A DNA stretch of 63,435 bases, filler included, from Pelomyxa schiedti (Eukaryota; Protista; Evosea): NCBI GenBank assembly GCA_020536535.1. It is 14 parts of 14 records of this genome, joined end to end, with 100 filler letters (N's around TTAATTAATTAA, not from the genome) between each part and the next. Parts side by side here need not be neighbours in the genome. Positions count along the whole stretch, not along the records: positions 10,936 to 17,731 come from JAHLWZ010000101.1; positions 17,832 to 19,914 come from JAHLWZ010002148.1; positions 20,015 to 32,568 come from JAHLWZ010001213.1; 11 more parts are not named here. One strand, given 5' to 3'. The translations under genes and the position numbers were made by a program. The notes beneath the pieces are model-generated. The model was not told the DNA's origin, did no database searches, and saw only the letters and a list, made by a program, of their open reading frames with translations. Shown here in pieces: positions 12,733-25,295 of the stretch. Position 1 is the first letter of the stretch, and each line of letters begins with the position of its first letter.

Positions 12733-15278
12733 ATGATCAATCCCATGGAGGGCGGAGGGAGCGGTTGTGAGGACGTCAAAACAGTTGCAGGGATGTGCAG
12801 GGGAGTGATGTCTCCCGATTACTCGGAGGCAGTGTCTGCGCTTGTCGAAATCAGAAAACGACTTGCTGCTGGTATGGGCCCGCAAATCACTTTGGAATTC
12901 CCCCCAATCACCTCCAGAGAATCCGCCGATTGCCGAGGTGTTGGCAAGTCCTGGTTGTGTTTTGAGAATCGTTCAGTTTCTTTCTGCTGTAACAGTTCCT
13001 TTTTTTGCTCTCATTCGCACATTTTTTTTATTGTGTGTGTATGGTTGACCATTTTCTCACACAGAGCGACAACACCAAATTGCAGTATGAAGCCCTTTGG
13101 GTCATCACAAATCGTAAGTCTAACTGATTTCCGGTCGATTCCTCTCTCTCACTCTTCTTTTCTGTCAGCCCTTCTGGGTTTGTGCCTAATTTCTAAAGTT
13201 TGCAGTGGAACTGATGCCAGACAAACACAGAAGGTTGTTGATTTTGGTGCGCTGCCTCAACTCATTGCCCTTCTTTCTTCTCCAGATTCCCTTGTCTGTG
13301 AGCAGGTTCTCCTTTTCTTTTTGATTGTCATGGTCCAAAATTGTGAACAGGCAGCATGGGCACTTGGGAACATCGAAGGAACCGGCCCAGAAATGCGCAA
13401 CGCAATTTTGGAACTTGGATTTATTCCCGCTGTTGTCAAGGCAATGCACACGTTCCAAGACAAACCCTCCCTGTTGAGAAATGCGGTAAGTGCGCACCCA
13501 TCTTCCTTTCCCCCAGTCCTCGTGTGCCCTCTGATTCCTATTTATCAGATTTGGGCATTCTCCAATGGATGCCGAGGGAAACCACCACCCCCTGACAAAT
13601 ACTTCATTCCAAGTGCGCACAACATGATTATTCTTTCTAGATTTACATGCTTATCTCCGTGCAGGTGCAACATTAAATATCTTTCCCACACTCGCAGCTC
13701 TCTTGCAGTGTTCAGATATGGACATTGTTGTCGATACTGCATGGTGAATTCATACCCCTATATTTTTTTTCTGGTTTTCCAACAGCAACAAAAAGGTCTC
13801 TCAGTTACTTAACTGACATGAATGAGTTCATCAAGCACATAACGGCTTCCGGAATATGTTCCACCCTTTCCAGAGTTCTCGACGTTTGTTTTCATTCCCA
13901 TTCTTTTCTCTTTGAAAACTCAATCAAAGTGCAACCAAGTCAATNNNNNNNNNNNNNNNNNNNNNNNNNNNNNNNNNNNNNNNNNNNNNNNNNNNNNNNN
14001 NNNNNNNNNNNNNNNNNNNNNNNNNNNNNNNNNNNNNNNNNNNNGAGTTCATCAAGCACATAACGGCTTCCGGAATATGTTCCACCCTTTCCAGAGTTCT
14101 CGACGTTTGTTTTCATTCCCATTCTTTTCTCTTTGAAAACTCAATCAAAGTGCAACCAAGTCAATGCTCAAACGCCAGTGCTACGCGCATTGGGAAACAT
14201 TTCCACTGGGAGGTTTCAACACAACTTCATGTAACTTGCGCACTCCTAATCACAAAATAACAGCGACGCCGACACTCAGGTTTTTGAAAATTAGAATAAT
14301 GCACCCCCCATGTTTTCATCCAACACCTTAATACTCCAGGCTGTGATTGATGCTGGAGTCTTGCCAAAATTGCTTCCCTTGTTTGTTTCCTCCATTCCTC
14401 GACCACCAGTTCTGTTCTTTTCCCTGATGTTGGCAACAACAGGTTGAACAGCCCCAAAAAAACTGTGAGGAAGGAGACATGTTGGCTTGTGTGTTGTTGA
14501 ATATCCCTACTTTATTGGAAAACTTACTGTTATTTCAGCTCTCCAACATCGCTGCCGGAACAAGGTGCAAATATCCGCAGAACTGATTGTCTCACTCACA
14601 CTTTTACAAGCGAACAAATCCGCTGCATGTTCGTGGAGCGTGGACTCTTTGAGAAGGTCATTGAACTCATTAATGGAAGTAACATGGACATCAAGAGAGA
14701 AGCTGCGTGGATTGCGTGCAACGCAGCGAGTTGTGGCTCAACGGATGTCACCAAGTATACTATCCCTTTTGGTTTCCTTTCTTTGCGGAAGTGTTAACCC
14801 CTATCACTGGTGGGAATAGAGCTCTGTTTACTCAGGGTGGTCTGGATGCTATGATTGATCTTATTGACTGCCTTAGCCTGAAGGATGATAAGGACACCAG
14901 CTTGCTCATGCACACTCTTGATGTCAGTACCATGTACTTAATTAATATTAATATAATTAATATTATTATTATTAATTATATTTATAATTATTATTTAATT
15001 ATACACAACTGACGCGCAACAAGGCCATTGACAGAGCAACGAAGATTGATGGAATGACAGGAGCCAAGAAATTCACACGGCTCCTGCTCAAACGGGATGT
15101 TGTAGACAAATTGATATGGATACGGAAACGAACTGAGAATAAACCCTTGGTTGCACATATCGACCAATTGATTTCCTTCCTGGAGGATGCTTATGGCAAT
15201 GGTACTGATGATGGTGATGACAAGAAACAAGAACCAAATGACAGTACCCAACAACGTGATTCCATGGACACGGAGTGA
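12733..15278 (+). CDS. Importin-alpha (karyopherin alpha)-like ARM protein, paralog 1, multi-exon, no IBB seen
   Basis: ENPPIAEVL, QYEALWVITN, AAWALGNIEG, IWAFSNGCRGKPPP, LSYLTD, PVLRALGNISTG, KETCW-LSNIAAG, DIKREAAWIACNAAS. Stop at 15278. Confidence 0.9.
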
Positions 15279-15375
15279 TTTAGTTGCATTTACAAGAAAA
15301 TTCATTTGATCATCATCAAAGTAAAACGACGTTCTGTTGATCTCCTATCTACAACACACCTCAGAATCAATTCTG

Positions 15376-17702
15376 ATGTCGGGGGCTGAGGTCGTGACGG
15401 CAATGGAAGGGGGTGGAAGTGGTGGTAATGACGTAAACACAGTTGCAGGGATGTGCAGGGGAGTGATGTCTACCGACTACCCTTCCGCAATGTCCGCGCT
15501 CGTCGAATTGAGAAAACGGCTTGCTGCTGGTGTGTCTACGTAGCCATAAATTACCTTAAACACAATGTCTTTCAGAGAATCCACCGATTGATGAGGTGCT
15601 GGACACTGCCGGCTGTGTCACTAGAATAATTCAATTCCTTACTGCTGTAACCTTTCCTTTTTTTTTTTTTTTTGTTTCATTTTGTGCTGACCAGATGAAA
15701 AACGCCAGAATGATAACACCAAATTGCAGTATGAGGCCCTTTGGGTCATCACAAATCGTAAGTCTGACTGACTCTTATGTCTTGGATTCATTCCTCTAAC
15801 TGTCGGCCTTCTGGGGGGGTTTGTTTGCTTAAGTTTGCAGTGGAACTGATGCCAGACAAACACGGAAGGTTGTTGATTTTGGTGCACTGCCCCAGATCAT
15901 TGCACTTCTTGCTTCTCCAGATTACCTTGTCTGTGAGCAGGTTCTCCCTTTTTTTTTTTTTTTTTGGTTTTAATTTCCTCCTTGGCAATTGTGAGCAGGC
16001 AGCATGGGCACTTGGAAATATTGAAGGAACTGGCACTGAATTGCGCAACACAATTTTGGAACTTGGATTTATTCCGGCTGTTGTCAAGGCAATGCACACA
16101 TTCCAAGACAAACCCTCCCTGTTGAGAAATGCAGTGAGTGATGCTATGCACATAGCCACCTTCTCTATTTAAATTCTTTTTCCTTCTTTTCTTGTATGAA
16201 TCACCAACAACAACCAGATTTGGGCATTCTCCAATGGATGCCGAGGGAAACCACCACCCCCTGACAAATACTTCATTCCAAGTGCGCACCACACAACACT
16301 ATTATCTATCTTTCTAAATTTACATCCTCTCTTTATGCAGGTGCAACATTAAATATCTTTCCCACACTTGCCGCTCTTTTGCAGTGTTCGGATATGGATC
16401 TTGTTGTTGATGCTACCTGGTTAATGAATTCAAAGTTTATTTATTTTACCAACAGCAACAAAAAGGTCTCTCTGTTACTTAACTGATATCACAGAGTTCA
16501 CCAAGCACATAATCGCTTCTGGAATTTGTGTCAATCTTTCCCAACTCCTCGACGTTTGTTTTCATTTCCATTCTTTCTCTCTGTAAACTCAAACAAAGCG
16601 CAACCAAATGAATGTGCAAGTTCCGGCACTGCGCGCATTGGGAAACATTGTCACTGGGAGGTATCAACAGTTTCACACAAATCACACTTTCTCTAACCAC
16701 AAAATAAAAGCCACGAGGACACTCAGGTTTTTGGAAATTAGAAAATACACCCCCCATGTTTTCATCCAACACATTTTAATACTCCAGGCTGTGATCGATG
16801 CTGGAGTGTTGCCAAAATTGCTTCCCTTGTTCGTTTCCTCCACCACCTGTTCTTTTCCCTGATGCCAACAACAGGTTGAAAAGCCCTAAAAAATGTCTGA
16901 GGAAGGAGACATGTTGGCTTGTGTGTTGTTTAATTTTCCTGTTTTATTGGAAAACTTACTCTTGTTTCAGCTCTCCAACATCGCTGCTGGAACAAGGTGC
17001 AAATACCCTCAGAATCTCATCCTACCCACTTACTAACACAACACATGCTGTTACAGTGAACAAGTCCGCTGCCTCGCAGAGGAACGTGGACTCTTTGAGC
17101 GGGTTATTCACCTCATGAGTACAGGTGCAACGGACTTTGACATCAGAAAGGAAGCTGCGTGGATTGTGTGCAACGCTCTGAGTGGTGGATCAGTATCTGG
17201 CTCCAAGTATGTGACCCCTTTTTTTTCCTTTTGGAGGTGTTAATTGGTGGGAATAGAGTTCTGTTTACTAAAGGTGCTCTGCATGCAATCATTGAGCTTA
17301 TTGACAGCCTCGGTGATAACGACACAAAGTTGCTCGCCAATGTTCTTGAAGTTAGTACTCCTCCGTTCTCCGTAATTGCATGCAGACACCAAAAATTTTA
17401 CTTTCAAATATTAATCAGAAACCATCCGCACACACAACTGACTTGCCACAAAGGCCATTGGGACTGCAATGAAGATAGACGAGATGACGAACTCCAACTG
17501 CTTCACACAGATGCTACTTGAAGAGGGTGTAGTGGCGAAACTGAGAAGGATAAAAAAGGAGAAGGGATCACTGGTCGAACGTGCTAAGAAGTTGATTTCC
17601 GATCTTGGGGACGCTGATGGAGATGATAGTGATGACGAGGAGGACAAGGAACAAGAACCAAGTGGTGGCAGCCAACAACAGGACTCAATGGAAACTGAGT
17701 GA
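15376..17702 (+). CDS. Importin-alpha-like ARM protein, paralog 2, multi-exon, no IBB seen
   Basis: Exon-for-exon paralog of 12733-15278 (VAGMCRGVMS, AAWALGNIEGTG, CRGKPPP, ALRALGNIVTG, DIRKEAAWIVCNALS) with an acidic tail. Confidence 0.9.
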
Positions 17703-17831
17703 TTGACTGAATAGAGTACTAAGATTTCCAANNNNNNNNNNNNNNNNNNNNNNNNNNNNNNNNNNNNNNNNNNNNTTAATTAATTAANNNNNNNNNNNNN
17801 NNNNNNNNNNNNNNNNNNNNNNNNNNNNNNN

Positions 17832-19914
17832 GTACCTTGACATTGCTGTGTTATTCAGCTGTGGCTCCATCATTCTGGTTATCTGTCAGCATGTTAGTGG
17901 AGCCAAATCCAAAGTCCCTGAGGAACAATTTCAGAAAGGTTTCAGCTTCAGTCTGTGGAAAATGTGAGAGGAAGAGAATGACAAGACAAGGGGCCAACCT
18001 AACATCATAGTCAGCAAGCAGGTCTGAAGTCTGCATTGGAATCAGTGCTGTGCTCTCCACTATCTATCATTCCAGTGAACTTGTGTATTATCATAATGTA
18101 CTGTTACATTGTTGTAACAATGTCTGGGCTGAGACTTCAAAACAATTGTGTGGTTGAAGTCCAGAGTCTGATTCCTTTGCCTTTGGGACTTCTGTGGGAT
18201 GAATGTCCTTTTTCCTCTTTTCTTTTCAATGGATGAAGGCTGATTGTGTTTCACCTATTCCTCTAATGGAACTTGTTGAAAGCAACACACAAAATCTTCA
18301 GAAAGTGACAGTATTGGTAGTGTTCAATCAGCCAAGCTTGTTAAAGTTCTTCTATGCACCATACATCTCCAATGCCTTTGTGTGATGGATCATGATCTAT
18401 GTCCAAAATTCATCAAATTGTTGGTGTGATAAACTAGTGGTGCTAGTGCTGAGGCACTAACTTGTGTGTATGTTGTGCAAGTGGTATCCCAGAAATCTGC
18501 CAACTGGTTTGTGGTTGGGTTTAGGGATTTAAGTACCCCTATTGCCACACCATCAAAGCTCTTTCTGCCATTCATGAAAAACACTGGGGTTCAGATTGCT
18601 TGCATTGTAATGTGGAGTGTGTTGTGCATTGATTGCATTGATGGTGTGTCTTTGAGTTGTTGGAGTTTGAGTGTAGGTGCTATTGCCCCCTCATTTCATG
18701 CATGCCATGAAATCAATGATTGTTTGTCTTACATCATGACCAAGGGGAGGTTGGGAGTAGAGAAAAACTGTTGGTAAATTGGGGGTTAATTGGCAGTGTA
18801 GATGCTGGGCTTATTCAAGGGATTGGCCTGTTTGTGATTGACAGTCTACACAAGTCTCTACCCCCACCAGGTATGTACTAGTGATGCTGTTCTTGTAGTG
18901 CTGGAGTAATGGCTTCAGTTGGACTGGGATTGGTAACAGCTGGTTGCCTTAAAGGTGCCCCAACCCCCACAGACCCTCTGGAAAGGGTAACTCTGGGGTT
19001 AGAGTGATAGGTTGTGTGTGGTTGGTAATTGGTTCTCCTTGTTGTCTCTGATTACTGCACCACAAGTGTTTGATGGAGTTTGATCTTCTTTTTGACATTT
19101 ATGTGGAAGGAGTGTGTTGATGGTGTTTTTGAATTGCATTTTTAATGTAGGTGCTGTAACCCCCCTTCTCCACCACATTCCATAGGCCTTCTGAACTGAG
19201 TGTGTGTACAAGAACATACTACAAATCCATTAGTAGAAAGATGTGAGTATAACACATACCTTCACATAGGTAGCAATGCAGAAATGTGAACATGTCAGCA
19301 ATACATCAAAGCAAGAAGACCAGCTTTGCATAAGTTCACCAAGCAGGAAATTACAAAGGAATTAGGTTATTCTCAAATTCCTACTGCTTGAGTGAGAAGC
19401 AAGTAACCAATGCATACTCCTTTGAATTGCACATACCAAGAAAAAACAAACACACAGTATTGACCAATTCTGTGGAGAAGCCACAACTGGGTCATTGGCA
19501 ACTAATGGGCATCAAAAAGAGATACAAAGGAATAGGCAAAAGCTGATTGAGCATACTTGTTGTAAGAAGCCATAGCCCAAAGTCAGAGCAGTGATAGGTA
19601 ATTTCCCAAGAAGGTACAGTACATAGGCTGACTCTAAGTGATGTTGAGAGGCTTGAACAAACATAAGGAAATACCAAAGATCTGAAGTGAGCAATTGTCA
19701 AATGAGGATGGGCTACTGCAGCACTGGAAACAAACCAAGCAGAAAGACACCATCTCAAAGCAATTATTGGTAAGAGGTGCACAGTGACTCTGCACTCTGT
19801 CAATCAAAATAATGTGAGGCTATCACATACCTTCATGCTGGTTGAAGAAGCCAAAGCACAAAGTCAGAGGTCATTATATGTGTAACAGAGGAACTGCTTT
19901 TCTCCAATCACAGA
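17832..19914 (-). pseudogene. CpG-free, stop-ridden relic of an unidentified and probably spliced gene or element
   Basis: No CG dinucleotide found by manual scan and no long ORF. Minus strand has GTATGT donor-like sites and hydrophobic peptide stretches (LWYFLMFVQASQHHLESAYVLYLLGKLPITALTLGYGFL). Confidence 0.4.
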
Positions 19915-20264
19915 NNNNNNNNNNNNNNNNNNNNNNNNNNNNNNNNNNNNNNNNNNNNTTAATTAATTAANNNNNNNNNNNNNNNNNNNNNNNNNNNNNN
20001 NNNNNNNNNNNNNNGGAAGCACATTGGTGTGTCTGTTGGCCGTTGGCGTGCTGCAAACTGTGTGCACACTGTTTTCCCAGAAAAACGCTCGTTTTTTGAT
20101 CGTGTGCACACCGAAAAAGTTTGGGCAGTCCCAATAATAATGGATCCACCAGGCGTGGTGCCGGACGACCACGCTCCGACCCCGATCTCATTTGAATTCG
20201 GCGAACAATCGAGAAGAAGCCACCATTCATTCCCGGAGGGAGAGCGAGCGCCTCACAATTCGAG

Positions 20265-20725
20265 ATGGCAGGGAAGGCACATGCAGTTGATTTTAGAGCA
20301 ACCGAGGGACTGAGTAATTCCTTTTTGCCGATGATTTCAATCAATGCCCTTGCTGTTCAAGCATACCAAGACCGGAACAACTCGGCCGTCTTGTTACCGT
20401 CGCGCCAGTCTCCCGCACCCACACGACCACAACCACGGGTGGGACCGCCGACGCCCTCACCACCGTGACCACCGAGCACACGACCAAGGTGACCACCACA
20501 ACGAGGAAGGAGACGCGCGGGGCTGCACCCCCGCTGGCGAGGGTAATGGCAGCTGCAACGGCGACGAATTGTGGGACGGCAGTCGCAGTCGCAACAACCA
20601 CCATCATTAAGAGGCCCACAGTTGTGAAACTTGACACAAGGTGGAAGGTCTGTGCTCCTCAGTTCGTGGGAATCTTCAATGAGAACCACGTTTTTCTGTG
20701 TGGCAGCTGTCATGAGGGAATGTGA
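20265..20725 (+). CDS. Hypothetical small Thr-rich protein, one putative intron (about 20314-20361)
   Basis: Splicing GTAATT...CAAG joins MAGKAHAVDFRATEGL to an open frame ending RWKVCAPQFVGIFNENHVFLCGSCHEGM. No family recognised. Confidence 0.3.
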
Positions 20726-20799
20726 ATGAATGGACCTCTGTTGGTTACTGCAACTTGACCATCGAGGGGAGTGTGTAATCAGCTTTTATTATTGTGTTG

Positions 20800-22917
20800 T
20801 TAGAGGAACAACTTTTGCCGTTGTTGGATTTGAGCTCTACAGAGGGGGCACTTCCTCACATTTGAGGCGCACTGTGTTGTTCCATGAGTTTTGATAGTGT
20901 TTACAATTAAAAAGGAGAAAATACTACCTCAGAGCAGCAGACACCATGGCCACAAGGGTGGAATCTGATGCTGCGTGGCCTCTCATCGCACACAATGCAA
21001 TCGGTGCCGTTATTGTTGATGCCACTGCTTTCCCCTCCTTGTGGTTGAATTTTGGTTGTTTGGTCAGTACTTGCCGCACCAACAACAGGGGGCTGCTGGG
21101 GAATGCACTTGGCCAATGTAACCTCCATAACTGCCTGTTGAGCATGAGGGAGCAACTCAGAGAGCTGAGACCAGACGTCGGGGTGTGCCATAAACTGCTC
21201 ATCGCCTTCAAGACCACGCATAAGCGTGTATTTGCTCTGGAACTCCCCTTGGAGTTTCTGGCACACTCCAAGGAGGGTCTCAATTTCACTGTGGAGATTT
21301 TGGCTCAGTGTCACCTGGGCATTGCACTCCTTGTGGAGCCGAGTGTGTTGCTCAAGGAATTCGATGCAAACCTCAAACTTGCATACTCCTGGAATCTGTG
21401 GTGCCAAGTCAGAGAGCTCTCTCAGCAGTGTGAATGGTACTGAGGAAGATGGAGTATCTGGAGGATCTGGAAGTTTCACGAGCGACCATGGTTTGAGTGT
21501 CATCAATTTATTGATGTCTGTTGGTTGTGAATGAGTAGGAGGTGATGAATTATTATTACCTTGGCATGGAACACTCTGACTTTCCACTTCATTTGCTGAG
21601 GGCTTGATGCCCAAAAGCTTCTTTGTCAACAATGAGATGTTCCTGGAGCATTGCTGTATCTCTGACTCACTGCTCTCCACTGTCAGTGTTTGCCCAAGAA
21701 CTTGTTTGCATCTCTTGTCAGACTCGTTAACTACATTTTCTAGTGTTTCCTTCAGAGCTGACAGATCCCTGAAGTGAACTCCAAGTGTTTGGTTCGTTGT
21801 AGTGGCATCTTGAAGAAATAGCTTCAGTTGCGTGACTGACTCTTCAAGTGAGACCAACAGAGGTGCTGCTTTTTTCACCTGTGAGCGGAACTGGGTGGCC
21901 ACCTTGAATGCTGTGGTCACTTCCGAGAGTGCCTCTGATTGTATTTGGCTTGCGGGATTGGCAGTGTTTCCAACCACAAGCACTTCCTCCTCCTTTGTGC
22001 GTTGAAATTCAGCAAAGAGCTGCTCCTGAAGTTGAAATTTTTCCTGGGTCAGTTCCTGTTTTGTTGAGAATAGAATTGGCGCATGAATCATGACATGCTT
22101 TGATCTTCTCTTCGGCCATGTGAAGTTGGGCTTGCAGGGCTCTTTCTGTTTTCCATTGATTTTTTTCCATTTCCCTCTCTTTTCTGTGTTCCTCTCTCAA
22201 TCTCTGTTGAGTGGTGCATTGTGATTCAGAACGAAGAGGAAAAAAAATACCTGCATCAGTCTCCTGTGACTGAAAGACCCCATCATATGTAAGGCACCAT
22301 CAGTGGATCCATGGAATGTATTGCCTTGAAGAATTCCCTTGAATTGGCTATCTGCTGGGTCAGGTTGCCTGTCGCCATCCTGGGAGGACAATGGCGAGAG
22401 TGACATAACCCCCTCACCACGGTATCTCTTCGTTTCACCTTGTGCTGCTCCAGTAACCTCTGTGAATGTGCCAGTGAACTTGTCACCGTTTGGCCACTCC
22501 ATCGTGCCCTTGACTGGAACACCCCTCTCCCACACACCAGTGAACGATGACCCATCCCCGGCCCACCTCTTCGTCCCCTTCCCGTGCTCCTTTCCATCAT
22601 CCCAGGATCCCTGATACCTGTCGCCGTTTGACCACAACCTCACGCCCTCCCCGTGGAACCTGTCGCCCTTCATCCCACCCACGTAGCTCCCTCCTGGGTC
22701 GTGGTGGAGTGTGCTACGTGGTCCTGCCCGGCCGCGTGTGGGAGCCTCGGCCGTGGCGCTGGCCGTCGCGCCAGTCGCCGTCGTAGGTGTGCTGGCCGTC
22801 GGGCTCCCGCCACGCGAGCTTGCCCCTGCCGTCTCGCTTGTTGTTGACCAGCCGCCCCGTGTACACACCGCCGCCGTCTAGTTGCTTCGCGTTCTCAACG
22901 GACTCCACACCAGCCAT
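20800..22917 (-). pseudogene. MORN/coiled-coil/RING gene with an internal frameshifting deletion
   Basis: MORN start VYTGRLVNNKRDGRG..YDGDWRDGQRHGRG, then a frame change at about 22720 into GGSYVGGMKG. C-terminal RING is CIVCDERPRSIRFHPCGHGVCCSE|CASNVRKCPLC, stop at 20800-20802. Confidence 0.75.
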
Positions 22918-23279
22918 TTTTCATTCAGTTTGGTGATCACAGAACAGAGTCTGATGTTCCCTCCAAAGAGGCATCACGCGTTTGTTGGTTACTGGCAAAA
23001 TACGGCCGACAGTCCTGCGGTTTGGTTTTTGTTGTGTGTGGTGTCACTGTGGTGCTGCGACCTACGCCCACTCTGTGGTTGTTATTCTCTTTCGTTTCGG
23101 TGACACGTGTGGTTTTGTTGTTTCTTTGTTTTATTTTGTCCGGACTGTTGGACAACGCTTCAACACCCAAAAATTTCTCTGTTTTTCAACTTCTCACATT
23201 TGAAAACCAGTGGTGTTGTAGACGCTAACAGAATGTGTGCAGCTCGGCTCCATTCTTTCTTTGTGGCGCTGGTGTGTTG

Positions 23280-24205
23280 TGACTCCTCCTTTTTTCTTTT
23301 TTGCAAATTTCTGTGCCATCCAAGACAGACTTTAACTGCAGGTATCTTATCTTTTTTTCATTTTCGACTTCTCACAGACACTTTAACCAGGTGTAGCAAC
23401 CGCGGCATGTGTGTTCGTTGAATCGGGTCTCGCCACGGCTGTGCAGCACTGACATAAATGGCATGTTTGGGGTTGTGCAATGACTTGCCTCTTTGTTTAT
23501 CTCCACTATCATCAAAAAAATCACTCCTATGAGGGGAGACCATGCCGCCCTGGGGTGAAGAGGAACAAGCGGTACCCGCCTTGTGTTGTCTATTCCATCA
23601 CGTCGTTCCATCTAATATCTAATTGTTTTATTTCTGGACGTGTTTGTTTCAATTTAATTTAATTTTTCATTGTTTATTAATAAATAAAATTTAATTAATT
23701 TTTTACACCTTTACGACTTGTATTAGGTGTACAGCATTGCCTCACCCCTTGTATGTATTTCCGTGCCTTCCACTGGTATGTGGCTTCTTGTTTCTTTGTT
23801 TTCTTTTTCCCATAGTAGATAACTATCATTCCAGCGGGCAAGGTAAATTCCATCTGTTCTTTCAGCACCGGCACACTGGAATGCTTTTTTTTTTTTTACA
23901 CTTAGGTGGTCAACCTGCCGCTGACATGGCAACCACTGACGTACATCCTTCTACTTTTTTGTCATTGCTAAACAGTTGTAGGTACCGGACTGACCAACCC
24001 CAACTTCCCTAACCCACTCTCCCGCTTTTCCGCTTTCAACTACCACACTTTACTGTGACGGGTGCACAACCAGGCCCAAATTTCCTTTCTTACTCTTTCA
24101 CTCTCATGGGTACCCACAAGGCCCACTTCTCTCCAAAATGTGGATTTAAAAAAACGTGGCACGATTTTGTATCCAAGGACTTAAGTGCGGAAAACTTTTT
24201 TTTTT
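23280..24205 (+). repeat. Dispersed non-coding repeat, + copy (left arm of an inverted pair)
   Basis: Blocks are shared with 24206-24920 (reverse complement) and with 28735-28850 (GACTCCTCCTTTTT...ACTGCAGGTAT...CTTCTCAC...AGGTGTAGCA). Confidence 0.75.
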
Positions 24206-24920
24206 GCCTGAAGTCGATTTCGACTTCAGGCTTGTACATAGAGGTGTGAGGTGAGGATGGTGAATGAGTGTGAGGAATTCGGCCTGGTGCCCAGCTTGGT
24301 ACCTAGTACGTTGAGTGGGGTGACAAAGGGGGAGGGATGTACGTTGGCGGTTGCCATCTCGGCAGCTGGCGCAGCTGTAAAAAAAAAAAAAGATACATAC
24401 CACCGTGCCAGTATAATAAAATACAGAAGGAAGTTACCTAGCCAGCTGGGGTCCGGCACCTAAATTATCCTACGTGAGAAAACGCAGAAAGAAGAAGCCA
24501 CATACTGGTGGAAAGCTGCCGTAAATACTGGTGTAATGCGGAGACTTCTAATACAGGTTGAATGGAAAAAACGTAATTAAAATTATTTAATAACTTTAAA
24601 CTTAATTATTATGAAATAATTTAATTAATGATAAAGAAGTTGATACATTATAATTATTTAAAAATAAATTCGTTAAACAATAAAATCAAAAACACTCCGA
24701 TAAATAAAATAATAACAAGTTGTGGCGAAGAAGACAACAAAAAGCAAATGGGTACTGGTTGTCCACTGCTTGTTCCTCTTCACCACTGGTGCCCTCGTCG
24801 ATGTTTTTTGTGGTTCTAGCGATAATCAAAAGACACAAGCCACTGAACAATCACCAAAACCCATTTATGTCAAGGCCGCGCAGCCGCGGCGAGACCCGAT
24901 TCAACGAACACACACGAGCC
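24206..24920 (-). repeat. Dispersed non-coding repeat, - copy, with a 26-nt hairpin at 24206-24231
   Basis: GGCGAGACCCGATTCAACGAACACAC (about 24889-24914) is the near reverse complement of 23409-23434. The hairpin GCCTGAAGTCG-ATTT-CGACTTCAGGC has a perfect 11-bp stem. Confidence 0.78.
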
Positions 24921-25295
24921 GCGCTGCCGCCGCCGCGCCGCGGCAACCGCCCCGCGGCACAAAACATCAACAAATCCCGGCAAAATCGGGCCGCTTCACC
25001 CTGCCTTGCTCACTAAAAAATTCTGTTTGACGGATGTCGGGTGATGGTAATGGTCAGTAGCGGTCGATAAATCATGAGGTTGCCGCGGTATGAGATTTTC
25101 TCCATTGCAAGTTGTTTCTGTAAAGCATGATCTCCCAGTAACGACAAGGGCTATTACTTCATGCACACATTCCACTCTTTCTCTTCCCACCTTCTCAATA
25201 AAAAAATGGACAGTGAGGTTGGTGACCACCCGTGTCACTCGCCTCTCGACACAAAATTATCAATTTGATTTCGGGGAAGTTGATCTTTCACAACT

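Noticed and set aside
13817-14164. Exon duplication in importin-alpha paralog 1 (also 45069-45408 in the RNF14-like gene)
   Set aside because: Identical copies of about 120 bp directly flank a 100-N gap, which indicates an unmerged scaffold overlap.
17832-19914. Assignment of the CpG-free contig to a tyrosine-recombinase element or a fatty-acid elongase
   Set aside because: There are only vague peptide resemblances (FLHCY, LAPCLVILFL). This cannot be supported without an HMM search on CpG-restored sequence.
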